A stretch of 63,640 nt of DNA, counting the filler, from Rhabdomonas costata (taxonomy: Eukaryota), in NCBI GenBank assembly GCA_019059605.1. It is 32 parts of 32 records of this genome, joined end to end, with 100 filler letters (N's around TTAATTAATTAA, not from the genome) between each part and the next. Parts side by side here need not be neighbours in the genome. Positions count along the whole stretch, not along the records: positions 59,764 to 61,649 come from JAHMHO010007709.1; positions 61,750 to 63,640 come from JAHMHO010007710.1; 30 more parts are not named here. One strand, 5' to 3'. The notes under the pieces are model-generated. The model saw nothing but the letters and a program-made list of their open reading frames with translations. It ran no database searches and was not told the DNA's origin. Made by a program: the position numbers and the translations under genes. Positions 61,278 to 63,640 of this stretch are shown here, one piece after another. Positions within the stretch are counted from its first letter, which is position 1, and every line of letters begins with the position of its first letter.

Positions 61278-62660
61278 GTACGCCCGAAGCTGGACAGTTA
61301 AGGTCTCTCCTGGCGGTCGTTGCGACTTCCGCGCTGTGCTCCTTGCTCAGTGCATTCGATTGTCGCCTGCAGGGTCACCATATTACCTGCACCCATGGCT
61401 ATTTTATCCGCATCTGTAATCGCGATGAAGTTCCTTATTATTGAGGGTCCAATGAAAGTTTGCTACTTAAAACCCGAATCGCGATTTCGTCCAATTTTTG
61501 ACCCGTTTTTTCTCGAGTCAGGTCAGTTTTTTCCTGCTCTCTTTATGGGTGCGCTCCGTTGTTTTATCCGTCCAGTCCCAAAAACGCTCTGTAGTGAATC
61601 CTCGCAAAACAACAGGTGTTGGTATTTTGTGAGATTGCGCAAAAAAAACNNNNNNNNNNNNNNNNNNNNNNNNNNNNNNNNNNNNNNNNNNNNTTAATTA
61701 ATTAANNNNNNNNNNNNNNNNNNNNNNNNNNNNNNNNNNNNNNNNNNNNGTTTTTGGTGCTGCGGGGAGGGGCGAGGGAGGGGTGCGCTTGGAAGTCGCG
61801 GTTCCTGTTCGTGTGCCCGTGGGGTGCGATGCGTGGGTGTGTTTGGCTAGGGGGGAGCTTGACTCCGAGCTGGAACTTGAAAGGGAGAAGGACTTGAAGG
61901 AGAGTTCGCTGCCCCAATCCAATGAACAACAATTATTGGAAGCGGAAGCTTGAGAGATAGACATTGGATAGTAAAATTATTAGAGGGCGATGCGAACAGC
62001 CGTGCATAAAAAAACAAGCACGGAGCAAGGAGGACGAGGTGGAGGAAACGGAGTGGGAAGATTGGAGATTGGGGGTGGGCACGAAAAGGAGGTTTACAGG
62101 TGTACTCGGTCCTCTGTACTTCTCAGAGCTGTGGAGTGAAATTTGCCAACCAGCTCCTGTGAAAAATTAACCTATCATCCTTTCCCCACTCTATCAGCTC
62201 TTCGAGGGGATTCAGACAGGCCTTCCCATGAACTACCTCGCCGTGATCTTTGGCTCTCTTAGGCTGACGCGTGAGGAGCACCGCTTTCTTACCACGCAGG
62301 TCACCCTCAGCTACTCTCGCTCTCCCCAAGGGGTGGTTGCCCATGCTAGAGCTTGATCCTGGAAACAATGAGCAGTGAAGAAACTGTGTGCAGTGCACAT
62401 CAGGAGAGGAGAAAAATGGAGATCGGCGAGAGTGCCGGCCATCCATGCATGGCAAGGAGGTTTGTGCGAGGTCAATTTGCGAAGGATTAACCACAAGTCT
62501 TTTTTCATTAGTTTGCTTTCATTTAAACCGACCTTTGGACGGCGAGCCTCTCTCCCACGTGAGGTTTTTGGGCGTTTTCACGCTCTTTGTACCCAAGAGG
62601 TGCAGGGCCCTTTTTCTTGGCTGATTTGCAGCCCAGGTCTCTCATCCTTTTCTGCATCAG

Positions 62661-63091
62661 GCGCTACGGCGCAGGGCCTCGTGTTTGTACCGCACAGTAC
62701 CTCCCGTGGGCTTATAAGGCGGCTCAGACGGCGCCCATGTTCATCAACGTATACTGGGAAAAGTACGCCGCGACGCACCCCATTCCGCCTTCTGCCACCC
62801 ACTTCTCCTTTTCCCTTTCTTTCGCTCATTTTCTGGCGATACGTTTGCCCCTTTGTGAGTGATGAAAAGGTTCACCGTCGAAAACGCGGCGCTGTCGTGT
62901 TCTCTCTGAAAAAATACGGTCCACTTCTCGGTTATTTTTCCTGCAGGGAGCTGAACACTCCCGTGGATGACCTGCGGGCACAGCTGCAGATTCCGCTGCC
63001 CCCGCAGTTTCCCCCCTACGCAGAGGCTGCCGTGGCTGCCGAGGCTGCTGCCCAACCCTCTGCAGCTGCTCCTGCTGCTGAAGGGGCTTAG
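62661..63091 (+). CDS. COQ4: Ubiquinone biosynthesis protein COQ4, last two exons (62661-62762, 62947-63091)
   Basis: YLPWAYKAAQTAPMFINVYWEK|ELNTPVDDLRAQLQI is the characteristic COQ4 C-terminus. Confidence 0.88.
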
Positions 63092-63640
63092 TGATTCTCC
63101 CCCTCCCTATGAAAGCATCGACAACTCTGGGAAACTATGGGAAATTGGTTCTCCTTTTTTTTTACTCCTGTGGGGAGTCGCTTGTGTCACTCCTTTTGCA
63201 GCTTCTCTTGTAGCACTCTTACCGGTTACTCCTTGCCTCCATGTCTTTGCCGGTGTCGGGTGTTCGTCCTTCTTGAGGCTGGTGGCAGGTTGCTCCGCAC
63301 AAGCAAACCCACAGGTGCATATCCACTCCGCATGATCATCAACACCTGGCCATGCTTGAATTCTGGGAATTGGTTCTTCCATTGTTTCCAAATTCATGTT
63401 CCTAAGGAAACATGCATTGACCCGTCTGAGCTCTTTGGTGGTCGTAGTGGCTTATTTCCCGCTTTATTTTTGCGCCTGTGAACACCGTTGAATTTTCTCT
63501 GTTCCATTTCTGTTACCCATCGTGATCGGAACACCGTTTGATCCTTATCTTCCTGGCTCTCTTATGGGCTGCCTTCTTTCCCATCCAATAAGGAGCAAAA
63601 AAATGCCGTTTTGTCGCAGGGAGGAGACATATGGAAATGC

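Noticed and set aside
1894-61749. Regularly spaced TTAATTAATTAA repeats resembling a CRISPR-like or periodic array
   Set aside because: They are artificial six-frame-stop linkers embedded in N runs between contigs.
1-63640. A multi-gene system from neighbours such as deaminase + REV1 + dUTPase + RT (mutagenesis or DGR-like cassette)
   Set aside because: These genes are on different, similarly sized contigs joined by linkers. Only dUTPase and RT are physically linked.
1-63640. tRNA, rRNA, SL RNA or snoRNA genes
   Set aside because: None was recognisable by eye. An Infernal/tRNAscan run is needed to exclude them.

Overview
This is not one locus. It is 32 unrelated contigs of about 1.89 kb each, joined by an artificial 100-nt linker (N44-TTAATTAATTAA-N44). 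Synteny across linkers is therefore meaningless, and ORFs that run into X/N are artefacts. The DNA is nuclear DNA from an intron-rich eukaryote: short GC3-rich exons, GT-AG introns and (CA)n/(GT)n tracts. I infer a euglenozoan, most likely a euglenid, from the degenerate splice donors, introns with paired ends and a 'YRPYLP'-type cyclase. By manual splicing I reconstructed fragments of REV1, a SEC14/CRAL-TRIO protein, a carnitine/choline acyltransferase, a TPR protein, a probable receptor-type cyclase, a NIPP1-like FHA protein, a USE1-like SNARE, a dual-specificity phosphatase, an ankyrin protein, DHX37, a papain-family protease, an SDR, seipin and COQ4. There is one complete, intronless, fungal-looking zinc deaminase gene. 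Mobile DNA includes a DD41D (rosa-type) transposase relic, a Merlin/IS1595-like fragment, a three-copy dispersed repeat, and a Ty3/gypsy element carrying a dUTPase just upstream of RT. The best leads are the dUTPase-bearing gypsy element, the candidate horizontally acquired deaminase, the absence of A at donor position +4 in all 28 tallied introns, and introns with the euglenid non-conventional CAG/CTG terminal pairing. All protein identities come from motif recognition by eye; no database search was run.
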